Below are positions 51,512-64,000 of a stretch of 64,000 nucleotides of DNA, piece by piece (position 1 is the first letter of the stretch; every line of letters begins with the position of its first letter). The DNA is from Neocallimastix sp. 'constans' (taxonomy: Eukaryota), in NCBI GenBank assembly GCA_050613775.1, contig JBODTK010000112.1, positions 124,001 to 188,000 of the forward strand, given 5' to 3'. The notes beneath the pieces are model-generated. The model ran no database searches. It worked only from the letters and a program-made list of their open reading frames with translations, and was not told the origin of the DNA. Made by a program: the position numbers and the translations under genes.

Positions 51512-52215
51512 TCTTAATTACCATAGTTTCCATACTTTTAGATTCTTATAATGTGTATATATATATATTTAAAATATTTAGTTTTTTTTTTTTATATAAA
51601 TTTAATAACATTAATAATAAATATATAGATTATGGAATATTATTTAGTTTATAATAATTTATTTAATTATAAAATTTTTACTTTTATCTAACAATGTTGA
51701 TTCTTCCTTTTTCTATAACATTTTATTGATATTTTCAAAAATTATGTAAAATTTATTATTATATATTAATATTATATATATATATATATATTTTTTTTAA
51801 ATTTATATTTGAAAAATTTGTATACTATAATAAAAATAAAATTACATTTGATTTTCTTAATCCCATTTTATCAATTTTTGTTCCTAATCTTGCTAATTCA
51901 AGCCGTATTTCTTGTTTTTTAGTTAATACAACTCTCTGGGTATCTCTTCCATTATCTATATTATTATTTTGATTATTTAAAACAACTTCAATTGCAGCAG
52001 ACCTTTTTATATATTTATTTTAATATTTCAATTTATTAAATTTTTAAAATATATAAAATTATTTAAAATATTATAAATAAAATTTCTATGAATTTTTAGA
52101 TTTTTGACATAAACCTTGGATTATCAGGTTGATGTAATAAAGTTGTAAATCCAGAAAAAGGTTTTGTTGATGGATAAATATATATATTACTTTTTTTTCT
52201 ATTTGTTCCGTTCAT
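50886..52215 (-). CDS. Hypothetical Lys-rich protein, 5 exons, C-terminal GoLoco-like RLDDQR; true start may lie further upstream
   Basis: In-frame GT-AG exons read MNGTNRKKSNIYIYPSTKPFSGFTTLLHQPDNP-R-SAAIEVVLNNQ...RLELARLGTKIDKMGLRKSN-KKEESTLLDK-KSKSMETM-HLKND...FETALSEVENAVERMMLSRLDDQRVTM-TAA. Confidence 0.7.
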
Positions 52216-53463
52216 TCTTTTTTTTCTTTTATCTCTGTACTTATTCCATTGAAGTGGTAAAACTTATTTTTAAAATTTTTTTTTTTTTATTTTATTTTAT
52301 TTTATTTATTTATCTTTATATTTATCATATAAATTAAACTTCATAAATTTAAATTTAATGAATAATTGAATATAAAAATTCCTGTTATTAATGAATAAAA
52401 AATAAACTCTAATTAATATAAATATATAATTTTTTAAAATAATAAAAACTATTATAATAATAAATAATAAGCATGAAAAATTAATATGAAAATTTTATAT
52501 TTTACTTTTATTTTTATTTGTTATTTATATATATATAAATATTAAAAGAATAATAATTTTATCGAAGATTACATAAAACTATAAATCCAATATTAAACAT
52601 AAATATATATATTATTAATTTATTTATTTATATTTTATCATATGTTGCTAATTATATATTTTATATTTTTTAATTTTCGAAGATAAAAAAAATAAAACAA
52701 TAATTAAAATGTATTATTTTTTCAAAGTTTAATTTAATATATGTATATTTAATATAATAATATAATATAATATAATATAAACTATAATTATTAATTGAAA
52801 TTCATTGAAAAATGTCATTTCATTTATGAAGAGTGGATTTAAAAAATTGGAGATAACAAATTAGCAATACATAATTATTTAATTTTTTTTTTTTAAAAAA
52901 AATAATAATAGTGATTAATAATAATATTATATATATATATATATAAAAAGGATAAAGTTAACAATTTACAAAAGTTTTAAACAATAAAAATAAAAGAATA
53001 AGAAATAATCTTGACTTGTGATTAAATATTTTTTTTAAAAGAATTTTTTGGGATATATAATTTTTTTAGTTTTTGTAAAGGGTTACAATATATATTATTA
53101 CTATTACTAACTTTTTTTTTTTTTTTGTTTTTTATTTGTTTGTTTGTTTGTTTAATTTCATTATGTTTAATAATAAGTTGGGGAAAAAAAAAGAAAGTTT
53201 GAATATGAAAAATATTCAATGAAATAAAAAAAGTTAGAATATGAAAAACATTCAATAAAATGTTTTTTTTTTTTTAATTTTCAGAGCAATTATAAAAAAA
53301 ATTTTATTAAAAATAAAAAATATATATAATTTTTATTTTTATTTTTATTTTATTTTTGCCATATATATCTTATAAGTAATAAAATAATAAATAAAAAGAA
53401 AAAGAAAAGTGATTTTTTATGATAATTATTACTTGAATTACATAAATTTAATATTTTATATTA

Positions 53464-53508
<45 letters not shown>

Positions 53509-54399
53509 TTCGTTTTTCTTTGATATGAAAATATTAAATTTATATATTAAAATTTACTTTAACATAGCATAATATAATTTTTTTTTTAAAAAAAGAATTA
53601 ATTTTTGTATGTTTAATTAAATATTCTTTAATCAATAAAACTAAATAAATTATGCTTATATTACAATTTAATAAAATATAATTCTACATACTAAAATGTA
53701 TTGTATTTAATTAAAATAATATATTATATAATTAAATTTTTTATTTATCTATTTATATAAATATAACAAACTATTTATTTAATTTTTTTTTTTTTTTAAG
53801 ACTAACTAGGATTGATGAAAGGATAAATCCAATCTCTCCCTTAAACGTATCAAACTCTTATTGATTTCTTTGTCATTTCTTTTCAGCGTCTACGCAGACC
53901 TCTCTCTAAGTATGGCTAATATGAAGATATTCCCTATACATTACTTTATAAGACGGACTTTTTCCAGTGATATCTTGAACTATCATCAAGGGAGGAACAA
54001 CTACACTAATCCTTTCATGGTCAAGTGCTCCCTGCACTAACAATTATAGAGTCTAGCAACAGGAAATCTAACCTTGGCAAACGAATACCAACTACATTTA
54101 TAGGGAAATGCACCCTGGGAGGATGAAAATATCAAAATACAAATTCAAGAGGAAGTCATAGGATCAATCTAGAAATCTTATGTGTGATAGTCCTGAGTAC
54201 TAACCACTAGAATGAAAACTAGAAAGACTTTACTTATAATGAAAAAGGAAATTACATTCAAATTCAATAATACTATAAATTATTACTATTATTTATTTTA
54301 ATTAAATTCAATAATAACATAAATAATAACTAAATCAATAATACTATAAATTATTATTATTATTAAATAATATTTTTATATAAAAAAAAAAAAAAAGCA

Positions 54400-55620
54400 A
54401 AAAAGAAGCATAGTGGATATAAAGAATTTGAAGAATATAAAGATGATAATAATGTTTTGTTTTATATATTAGATAATATAACTACTTTTATATAGTTAAC
54501 ATATCCTGATATTAATCATTTAAATTTCAATCAGGAAATCATCCTTTTATATTGCGATGCAATGAGTTCTTTGGTTCACTAAAACATCTGGTCAATCGTG
54601 AGGGAATTGATATAACAATGCCAGATAAGGATGGGAAGACAACAATCATGAATATTATAAGTAAAAGAAGTGATGAAGAGATCTGCTATTTTGGATTAGT
54701 GACCCGCTTGCTGAATGAATATATTCTCAATTGTATTAGTGATCATGGTGATTCTTTGGTATACAAGGCATTTGTATTAAAAGAATGATCATGTCATGGG
54801 CTAATGTTTCTTTCACCAATATCATGATCAACTTAGTGTAAGGCAGGAGCCAATTTTAATATTGTGGTAAATGAAGAAGGAAATATTACATATACTCATT
54901 TCTCATGACTATTATACTTTAAATATTGTGGTATATTATACCGAAAATTAAGATTTTAGAAAGAAAATTATACATAGAGAAAATGTTACACCTATATTTT
55001 TGATACTTAGTGGAGCTTAAATATAAGGAAAATTAGTTGTTGATAATTGTCCTACCTTCGATTATAAATATAAAGATCAGATTAATCAAAATACTTTAAA
55101 ACTTGTTTCTATTCAGCATCCATCAATTATGGAGAATATAATTAAATCGGATTATCAGTCGATCAGCTATATTAATATTCAATAGAAGAATGCTTTAATT
55201 ATTGCTTTAATAGTGAAAAATTATAGTTAGTATTCTTAGTGATAATGTTATACAAATTAATCAGAAGGATGATACTGCCAATACCGGCTGTTCATTATAC
55301 TATTTTAAACAGAAATGAACCAATGATTCATAAATTAGTAACAACAGGTGTTGATCCTCATATCAAAAGCTTTGAAGATTAATCCACTATAGCGCTTGCT
55401 GAATGTTCTAGTGATGAAATAATTATGAAGGCCATCAACAATCAATTGAACAAATCCAATCTGAAAAACGCTATAGATTTTATGACTATCCTAACATTAA
55501 GTAGTTAGGAATATTTATATATTAGAATCATCTGTTTATATATTGAAATGGATAAGGAAAGCCAAAATGAAATGAAATGTAAATATAATAACTAGTTTAA
55601 TACATTAAAGAAATAATAAT
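54400..55620 (+). pseudogene. Decayed ankyrin-repeat gene
   Basis: Fragments such as GIDITMPDKDGKTTIM, GANFNIVVNEEGN, INQKDDTANT and VHYTILNRNEPMIHKLVTTGVDPHIKS sit in shifting frames with stops between them. Confidence 0.6.
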
Positions 55621-56379
55621 ACCAAGGAAGTAATCCTCCTATTCAATTAAGAAAACTTTATATCATACTAATTAATGAATACTTAATTTTTAGCCCTATT
55701 TAATTTTAATTTTAATTTCTTTTTTTATTATGTAAAAGTATTGTTAACATATTTATAATAACTTAATAACAATTAATTACCGTCATTAATAATAAATCAT
55801 AATAAATTTAATAATATATTAATAAAAATATATATATATATATATATATATTTTAAAACTAATAATATATATCAAATTTATTTATTAATTATTATTATTA
55901 TTATTTTATATACATATACTTAAAACTTTATATTATTTTTTTATTATTTGTAAAGATAAAAAAAAAAGTTCTTTTAAATAACTATATAAATAACAATAAC
56001 AAAAAATTTAAGTTAAAATAATTAGATATGTTCGATAATATTTAATAAATATAGTTTTATTTAATAAATATCAAATAATATTGTATATTGCATTAACATC
56101 CAACAATACAAAAATTATTTAGAATGTTTATTAATTCATTTAAACCAGCTTTAATGAAAATTTTTATTATTATTTTTTTATTAGCTAATATATATATGAA
56201 TTTGATATTCTATTAATTTATTTTATTAATTAATAGTTTATCTCTTTATAATATTTTAAATATTTTTTATCTATTTATTTATTAATATTAATATTATTAC
56301 TATTACTATTATTTTATTACATTTTATTTTATTTTAAAAATATTATTTTATGTATTTTTTATCATTCATTTAATATTAT

Positions 56380-57311
56380 TTATAAATCTTTTTTTGATTC
56401 ATTTTCATTTTCATTTTTTTCAGTAGAAGTTTCATTATTATAAGTTTTACCATTTTCATTTATTTGTTCAACATTATTTGGTTTTGAATTATTTAATTTT
56501 GAAAATTCTAATTTTTTAGTTTCATAAAGTTGTTCGAATTCATTACTTGGTACTTTAACCACAGCAATAATTCCTAATAAAATAATTAATGCTGCGCAAA
56601 CTCTACAAATGATAATTGGGGTGTAGTTTTTAGTTAAATTTAAAGCAAATTCATTTCCCCAAATTAAATGGAATACCCAATAAACCCAAGCAAGAAGACT
56701 AACCATTGTGAAATATAATACATAATTACTGATTTTAAGAACAATAGGTTTTAAATTTTCTTTCCAACGAAGGAAAAGAAGTAGGCAAGAAGAAAATAAT
56801 GGAATTAATTCAAAAACAGTTATATAACATATTTTGTATATTATAAAATTATAGTCGGGTGAGCGAATGAAACTAATAAACATTAAAAGTATTGTAAAAT
56901 GATATACAAGAACAGATAAGAGTATTAAAGTAAATGCTTCGTCAATTCTATATTTAATAAAATTCTTATCTTTTGGATTAATTTCTCTTGTAATAGCATT
57001 AATAGATCTATATATATATATATATATATTAATAGACATAATTAATACATAATTAATAATATTATGAATTTATTAAAAAATAATTTTATAATTATGCCCA
57101 TGTTACATAATATTTTAATTATATATATATAAAATAAAATAAAAATAAATTACCTTGCACATAACCATAAAGATACTGTAGTAGTTGTAATGGAAATAAA
57201 AATATAATCAATTCGAATGCTCAGGATTTTTGAAAATATGAAAATCATAAACATACTATTTATGAATCTAAATGCTTTATTAATATTTTCTCTTGAAAGT
57301 ATGCTAATCAT
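56380..57311 (-). CDS. Hypothetical multi-pass membrane protein, ~261 aa; exons 57311-57154 and 57007-56380
   Basis: MISILSRENINKAFRFINSMFMIFIFSKILSIRIDYIFISITTTTVSLWLCA-R-SINAITRE... spliced across a phase-2 GT-AG intron. It has about 6 hydrophobic segments and a charged C-tail. Confidence 0.75.
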
Positions 57312-57811
57312 TTTTTTTATGGTTTTTGCTTTTTATATATATATATATAATTAATATTTATTTTGATTAAACTTTACTTTATTCTTTTTATGAAAAGTAC
57401 GTAATTATTAAAAAATATTTATTTAATATCCAGGGAAAACATTGACAATATATAAATAACATATATGATATTAAATATATATATAAATATAAAATGAATA
57501 AATGGTTTGTATTTTAAAGATCATTTCTAACTTATAATTAAATAATTATAATTTATTATATAATTATTTATACTATAAAATTTATACTCTCATTTTAATA
57601 TATAGTATTTATTTCATTTTTTTTGTAGTTAGGAATTTATTTCATTAGCATTTTTAAATATTATGTTTATATGTTTCTTACATTTAATTATCGATTTCTA
57701 ATTTTTATTTTATTTTTTTTTATAATAAAAATATTAAAATATATCATATTAATTTATTAATATATTCATAATTTTAATTTAAAAATAAATTTAAAAATGA
57801 AGTATATTCAT

Positions 57812-57812
57812 A

Positions 57813-57903
<91 letters not shown>

Positions 57904-57915
57904 ATAGATAAATAA
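57812..57915. repeat. (TAAA)n microsatellite
   Basis: Directly visible. Confidence 0.9.
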
Positions 57916-58288
57916 ATTATTAATATTTTGTTAATTTTGTTTACTAATAGATTTTACTATTAAATAAAAAACTACATAATATATTAAATAAAAAATATAA
58001 AATATATTATCAAATTATAAATCTTTTGAAAACTTTTACAATATTAATAAATTATAAATATTTTAGTAAATTTAAAGCATATGATTTTATTTTTTCATAA
58101 TAATATTAGTAAAGAATTTTAAATATACCTCAAAACTTTTAATTAAATGTTTAAAATTTTATTATGTTAACAATATATATATATATATATAATGAATATA
58201 ATGGTATTTATTTTATATGTAAAAAAATTTAATTCTTTATTATTAAAAATATTGATATTTTATTTATATAAATATATTTAAAATGGGA

Positions 58289-58563
58289 GGGTTGCTTTCG
58301 TAACGTGGCTTTATACGAAATGCAGTGTACTTTAATAAACCGTTTGTGACTGAAATTATATTTGATAAATTAATAATAATTTTTAAAATTTTAATAAATA
58401 AATTAATATTGAATAATATTTAAATTTAAAGATATATTTTAATATTAAATATTTTTGTTAAAATAATAATAAAATAATATTTAATTTTAAAGATATTTTT
58501 TAATATGGGCGTTAAATTACTAATCATTTTTTAATTTAAAAGCCACGTTCCGAAATGCAACAC
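58289..58563. mobile_element. MITE-like element (~275 bp) with ~25-bp imperfect terminal inverted repeats
   Basis: Left end GGGTTGCTTTCGTAACGTGGCTTT; right end reverse-complemented GTGTTGCATTTCGGAACGTGGCTTT. The interior is AT-rich and non-coding. No clear TSD. Confidence 0.65.
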
Positions 58564-61291
58564 ATTCATAATAATATCATTAAGAATTATTTTAAATTAT
58601 TTCTATTTTTAATTAAAATTGTATTTATATTGTTTTGAAATGATTTTGATATTAGATCTATGGAAAAATTTTATATAAAAAATTTGATAAATTTTTATAG
58701 AGGATCTAATAATGTGGTTAATATTTTTAATTATCTTAATAAACTTTATAAACTTTTTTTTAAAACATAGGTATGTTAAATTTGAAAATTTCTATAAATA
58801 TAATATTTATAATTATAAAAGAAAAAAAAAATTAAATATTCAATATTATATTTTATTATAATAAAATACTATTTCTAAGATTTTTTTTTTTTGTATGGAA
58901 TTATAGAATACTGATAATAATATATTAATAAATTTAAATTTTGAAAAAAATTTTTTTATTATATCATTTTTAAAATATTTATATGTTTGTAGTAACTCAT
59001 ACATATTGTATATTACACGTCTTGGAGTTGTTCACATAGTATATATATGGTCTTGGTCATATAGTCAGGTAAATATAAAGTCCAAAAAAAAATCATGGTT
59101 AAATTTTTATAATTAAATATATTGATAATTAAAATTTTAAAATTTATATTAATCTACCTAAAATTTAATAGATTTTTCTTTTTATGAAATTATTGATTTA
59201 ACCTCAGAATTACAAATTTATATCATTATATAATTATTAATTATAATTATTATATTTTTATATTGTAATCAATAATATGATTATATTTATTTATTTTTTT
59301 TATAATTCATCAATATTTTTAATCATAATTATTATTTTTTTAATTTTTATACAAAAATTTTAAAATTTTATTCATATTTATTGATTTATATTGTTACTTC
59401 TTTTTGATTTATGTGTTACATGTTCATTTAATTTATTGAACTATGAAATTAAAAAGAAAAATAAAAAGAAATTACAATTTTTTTAATAAGAAATTGTTTA
59501 AAAATTGTAAATATATAATGAAATATTATTTTAATTAATATAATAAATAAAAATGTTAATCAATTAAAAAATTAAAAATGATATTATAATATTTAAATAA
59601 TAATAATAAAAAAAAATAGTACAAAATTATCAATTTTTTTTTTAAAAAAGTTTATTTGATAAAAAACAATTGAAATACTAAAAATACTAACAATTAAAAA
59701 TAACTTTAATATTAAATTGTAGTTTTAAAAATAAGTATTAATAAATTAAAATGATTATGCTTAAAATTGTATTATTATTTATAAAAATTAAGAATAAGTT
59801 CAAGAGGATGTTTAAGAAAACAAAGAAGGTAGTTACTTAGTGTATTAGAGTTAATATTATAATTTTAATATTTTAATATAAATATATCATTCCTATTGTA
59901 ATAAGTTGTATCCATAATACCATTTTAATTATTAATATATATAGAATGAAAAAGGGAATAGGAAGAAATGTGATGAAAATATTTTTATATCATAAATTAT
60001 AATATTTTATAGAAAAAGAAATAGATGTTAAAAAAAATAATATATATATAAATAATACCAAATTTTAATATATTTATGTAATAATTAATATAATTTACAA
60101 TAAAAATATCCAAATTATGAAATGAAAGAATTAATGTGTTTTTTTCTTTTAACACAATCATGTTTATATATATATATCATAAAATTATAGTTGAAAAATA
60201 CCATGTTTTTTACAAAGTATCTTTTTTTAAAAACAAGCAACCAATATATATATATGAATTATTGTAGCTATTACTAAAAAATTAAATAAATGAAACTTAC
60301 AAAAAGACTTTTATATTTTTTTTTATATATTTATATTATTATATTGAAAGTATTTGGAATCTTTTATATATTCATATTATAAAAAATTATGTAAAAGATT
60401 GGTATATATTGAAAAGTGTAAAATTCTTTTTTTTTTTTTTTTTTTTTTTTTTAATTCATTCATTAAACATTTGTTTTTTAATATGATGTTTATATAATTA
60501 AAATTTTTATTTTAATATTTTTAATATTTGAAGAATAAAAATTTTTTTTTTCAGAAAAAGAAAAGTTAATGAAAAATTTTTAATATATAAAAATAAATGA
60601 ATAAAATTAAATTTAAATAAATTATATGAATATACTCAATATTTGGAAAGCTTAATTTATAAAATTTTTTTTTTTTTAAAAAAAAAAAGCATTGTACAAA
60701 ATTTACTTAGCATTTTTATATATTAGTAAAATTTGTATTTTACATAGAGAAAATATAATACTTTTTAATAAATACCATTTAACTAATAGATAAAATCTAA
60801 GAAGTTAAAAAAATATTTTCATTTGAAATATAAATTTATTATCATTATATTCCATTATTTAATAAATATACTAATTTTAAATATATTATTATTCCATTAA
60901 GATAAAATAATAATAATTATAATAATAAAATATTGTAGTTAATTCGAGATTGGTTTATAACTAAAATTTCAATATTATTGACAATTTTTTTTTTTTTATT
61001 CATAAAATGTTACTTTAATTTTTTTTTCTTTTATAAACATAAAAACAAGAAACATTAGTAATTTTTATTTATTTTCTAAAAATTATATAATAAATATAAA
61101 ATTTAAGACAAAAAAATTCAATTTAAAACCTCGAAACCTCATCGATATAATAAGTTAACCACTAATAATAATTATATCTATTATCTAATATATCTTTAAA
61201 TATTTATATCAATGAATTCATTGAATTATACATAAAATATTTTAATATAAAAATTTAAAAAAATCAAATTAAAGTATATTACATTAATACA

Positions 61292-61434
61292 ATGAAAGGA
61301 TATGAAAATAATATTTTTTATAAATTAATTAATAAAGCAGGAATTTCATTTAAAGACAATGGTGAAAGAATTGTTTTTGGTAATTTGAAATTTTAATGAT
61401 AATTATTTTTAATTTTTATTTTTTCTTTCCTCGC

Positions 61435-61507
<73 letters not shown>

Positions 61508-62415
61508 TATTTTATTAATTTAAATAAAAAATAAAATATAATAGAATTATTTAAATTTAAAAATAATGTAATACTTGCTTATATAATTCATAATTTAATT
61601 ATTATTTTTTTCTTTATTTGTGCTCCTATTAGATTCAAATTTAACATTCTTTAGGCATGAATTTAAAAAAGTTTTATATTCCAATCCTTCATATCCACAA
61701 CCATTGTTAAATACAATTTGTGAAAATTTTTCTGAATTTATTCAAGATCCAGTATTATTTAAAGCTTGTTTAATTCCTTATTCAAAAAATGACTCAAAAG
61801 AAAATCTTCAACATGAGTATTATTATAATCCATTATTAAAAACATAAGAATAAAATTAATAGTTTATTTTTAATTTTATGATATTAGAGAAATTGAAAAA
61901 TTTAATTTTATATAAATATTTTAAATTATTTGAAATTTAGTTTTGGACTTATGAATGAAAGCCTAATAAAATCATTTCTTGGAATTGATGAATTACAATC
62001 ACCTATTATAAAAATCTTATTGGAAAAACTAGTAGATTACACTTCTGAGGAAGATATGTATGTATATATTTATTTTTCATTTTAAAATAATTATTTTATT
62101 AATCTAAACCATTATATTAATTAAAATTATTACTATTATTATTATTATTATAAATATATATTATTAGTATTAAAAGTGATTTAAATGATAATATCCCAAA
62201 ATTAATAATGAATCAATTAAGATGGATGGATAATATTGTTGATCCTGATGAATTAAATGAAAGTCTGTTTGAAATGATTAGTATTACACCAATTCATATT
62301 CAAAAAGAAATCATTGAAGCAATACCAGATATTGTTATAGATTCACAACATAATGTAGTTTAATTAAAATAATTTTATACTAAATTAAATATATATAAAT
62401 GTACATATTTAATTA

Positions 62416-62457
<42 letters not shown>

Positions 62458-62635
62458 GAATTATTTTGTCATATATTATATATAATTTAATAGGATATTG
62501 TAAGAAAACTAAAGGATATAATGGAAAATGATACTGATTTAGTTGTTCCGATACTTGACACATTATCAAATTTAAAGTTTTCAGAAAGTTTAATGGTAAA
62601 TTTTAATTATAATCAGTATTTTTAGTATAATAGTT

Positions 62636-62666
<31 letters not shown>

Positions 62667-63684
62667 TTTTTCAATTTATATCTTTATAATAAAAAATAAA
62701 ATAATTTTAATAGGATGAATTGAAAAATACAGTCATTAAGCATCTTGAAAATTGTGAATTAGAAAAAATACCAATTCTTATAAGATTTTTATTGCAATCA
62801 ATTGAAGATAATGATAAAGCAAGATTTATAATAACAAAAATTAGAAGTAAATTAAAATTTAATATTATATCTTCTTTATTAAAAGTAGAGGATATAAAAA
62901 ATGATGATAATAACAATATATCTAAATCGTTTGGAAAACTTCTTTTTGGTAAATTATAGTTATAAAGAAGAACTTAATTGGAAATTCAATAAATTATATT
63001 AATACTTTATTATATATATATATTCATTTAAATAAGAATGTTTTAAAAATGAACTAAGATCGAAGAAAAATCTTTGTGAAGAATGGTTAAAATTAATTAA
63101 TGAACTCAATAAAAAAGTAATTGAAATAATTTAAATAAAATATTTATTAATAATGGTTCATTAATATATATATATATATATTATAGGAGGATTTTAAATC
63201 ATTAGATATTGATATTTTATTTATAATCCATTCAATGAATATCAATTATAAGAAAAGAGTAGAAACAATTTTTAAAAAGAAAATAAAAGAAGATTTATTA
63301 ACACCAGAACTTATTAAAGATAGTATTGTATTACATAAGAGTGGTATAATTGATTATTATTCATCAATCATTACTATCTCAGAGATTATTTTAAATGATT
63401 CCAATCCAAATTCATATCAATTAGCTATATCTATTTATTATAATTCATTTGCATCTTTTGATACCTATTATAGACAAGTAATTATAAATTTAAAATTATA
63501 TATATATAATTTTAAAAATAATAATAATTTATTACACCAATAATAATAGAATTAAAAAATTTAAATTCATCATATATATTTATATATAATGAATAGGAAA
63601 TTATTGGATCATTAGTAACACACATTGGAACAGGATTAATATCCTTTTTAAATATAATGCTTAATATATTTAATATAATAATTT

Positions 63685-63720
<36 letters not shown>

Positions 63721-63786
63721 TTTTTTTTTTAATTTTTAAATTTTTAATTTTTAATTTTATTTTATTTAATTTTATTTTATTTTTTA

Positions 63787-63841
<55 letters not shown>

Positions 63842-64000
63842 AAAAATTAAATTCTTAACCGCAAAACTGATGGTTAATTAATATTTTAAATATAATTACA
63901 GTGTTTCAGTTGAACGTTCACTAAAAATTTTAAAGAAAATTGTTAATTCATATCCAACAGAAGTCATACAATTCATAGTATTTATTAAAAATATATTAGA
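61292..64000 (+). CDS. FANCD2: Fanconi anemia group D2 protein, 5' part (10 exons visible; runs off the window)
   Basis: ESLIKSFLGIDELQSPIIKILLEKL, NIPKLIMNQLRWMDNIVD, IQKEIIEAIPDIVIDSQHNDI..DLVVPILDTLSNL and RQEIIGSLVTHIGTG are collinear with the FANCD2 N-terminal sequence as I recall it (ESLIKLLLGIDILQPAII, NIPRLIVSQLKWLD, DSQHADV, QEVVGALVTHICSG). Confidence 0.9.
63639..63899 (+). other. U12-type (minor spliceosome) AT-AC intron in FANCD2
   Basis: 5' end ATATCCTTTT, 3' end ...TAATTAC, and a branch-like TTCTTAAC at 63852-63859. Removing it gives in-frame ...HIGTGL|SVSVERSLKIL... Confidence 0.8.

Noticed and set aside
59750..60050. Short purine-rich exon-like patches
   Set aside because: They could not be assembled into an open spliced frame.
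63866..63867. Alternative AC 3' splice site just after the TTCTTAAC branch-like motif
   Set aside because: It would place an in-frame TGA immediately after the junction.

Overview
Extremely AT-rich eukaryotic genomic DNA with short spliceosomal introns, long homopolymer and microsatellite tracts and Asn/Gln-rich proteins. The style fits an anaerobic gut fungus (Neocallimastigomycota), but that is my inference. Genes reconstructed by hand: (1) two apparently paralogous secreted 'KTLP'-repeat proteins (348-2039 and 32768-37051, +), both missed by the ORF track, which shows only their antisense shadows; (2) a decaying cytosolic HSP70; (3) an intronless ankyrin-repeat gene; (4) a large zf-MYND protein; (5) a Pirh2/RCHY1-type CHY-RING E3 ligase; (6) Cwf18/CCDC12; (7) nucleoporin Tpr/Mlp1; (8) a small 5-exon gene ending in a GoLoco-like RLDDQR; (9) an ankyrin pseudogene; (10) a multi-pass membrane protein; (11) the 5' part of FANCD2. 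The strongest unexpected signal is an AT-AC (U12/minor-spliceosome type) intron in FANCD2 at 63639-63899. The window also holds a LINE relic, a MITE-like element, two perfect palindromes (57-bp and 20-bp arms), and a ~36-bp motif interleaved with (TTTTA)n at two loci 28 kb apart. All exon models and family calls come from manual reading and recalled motifs. No database search was run.
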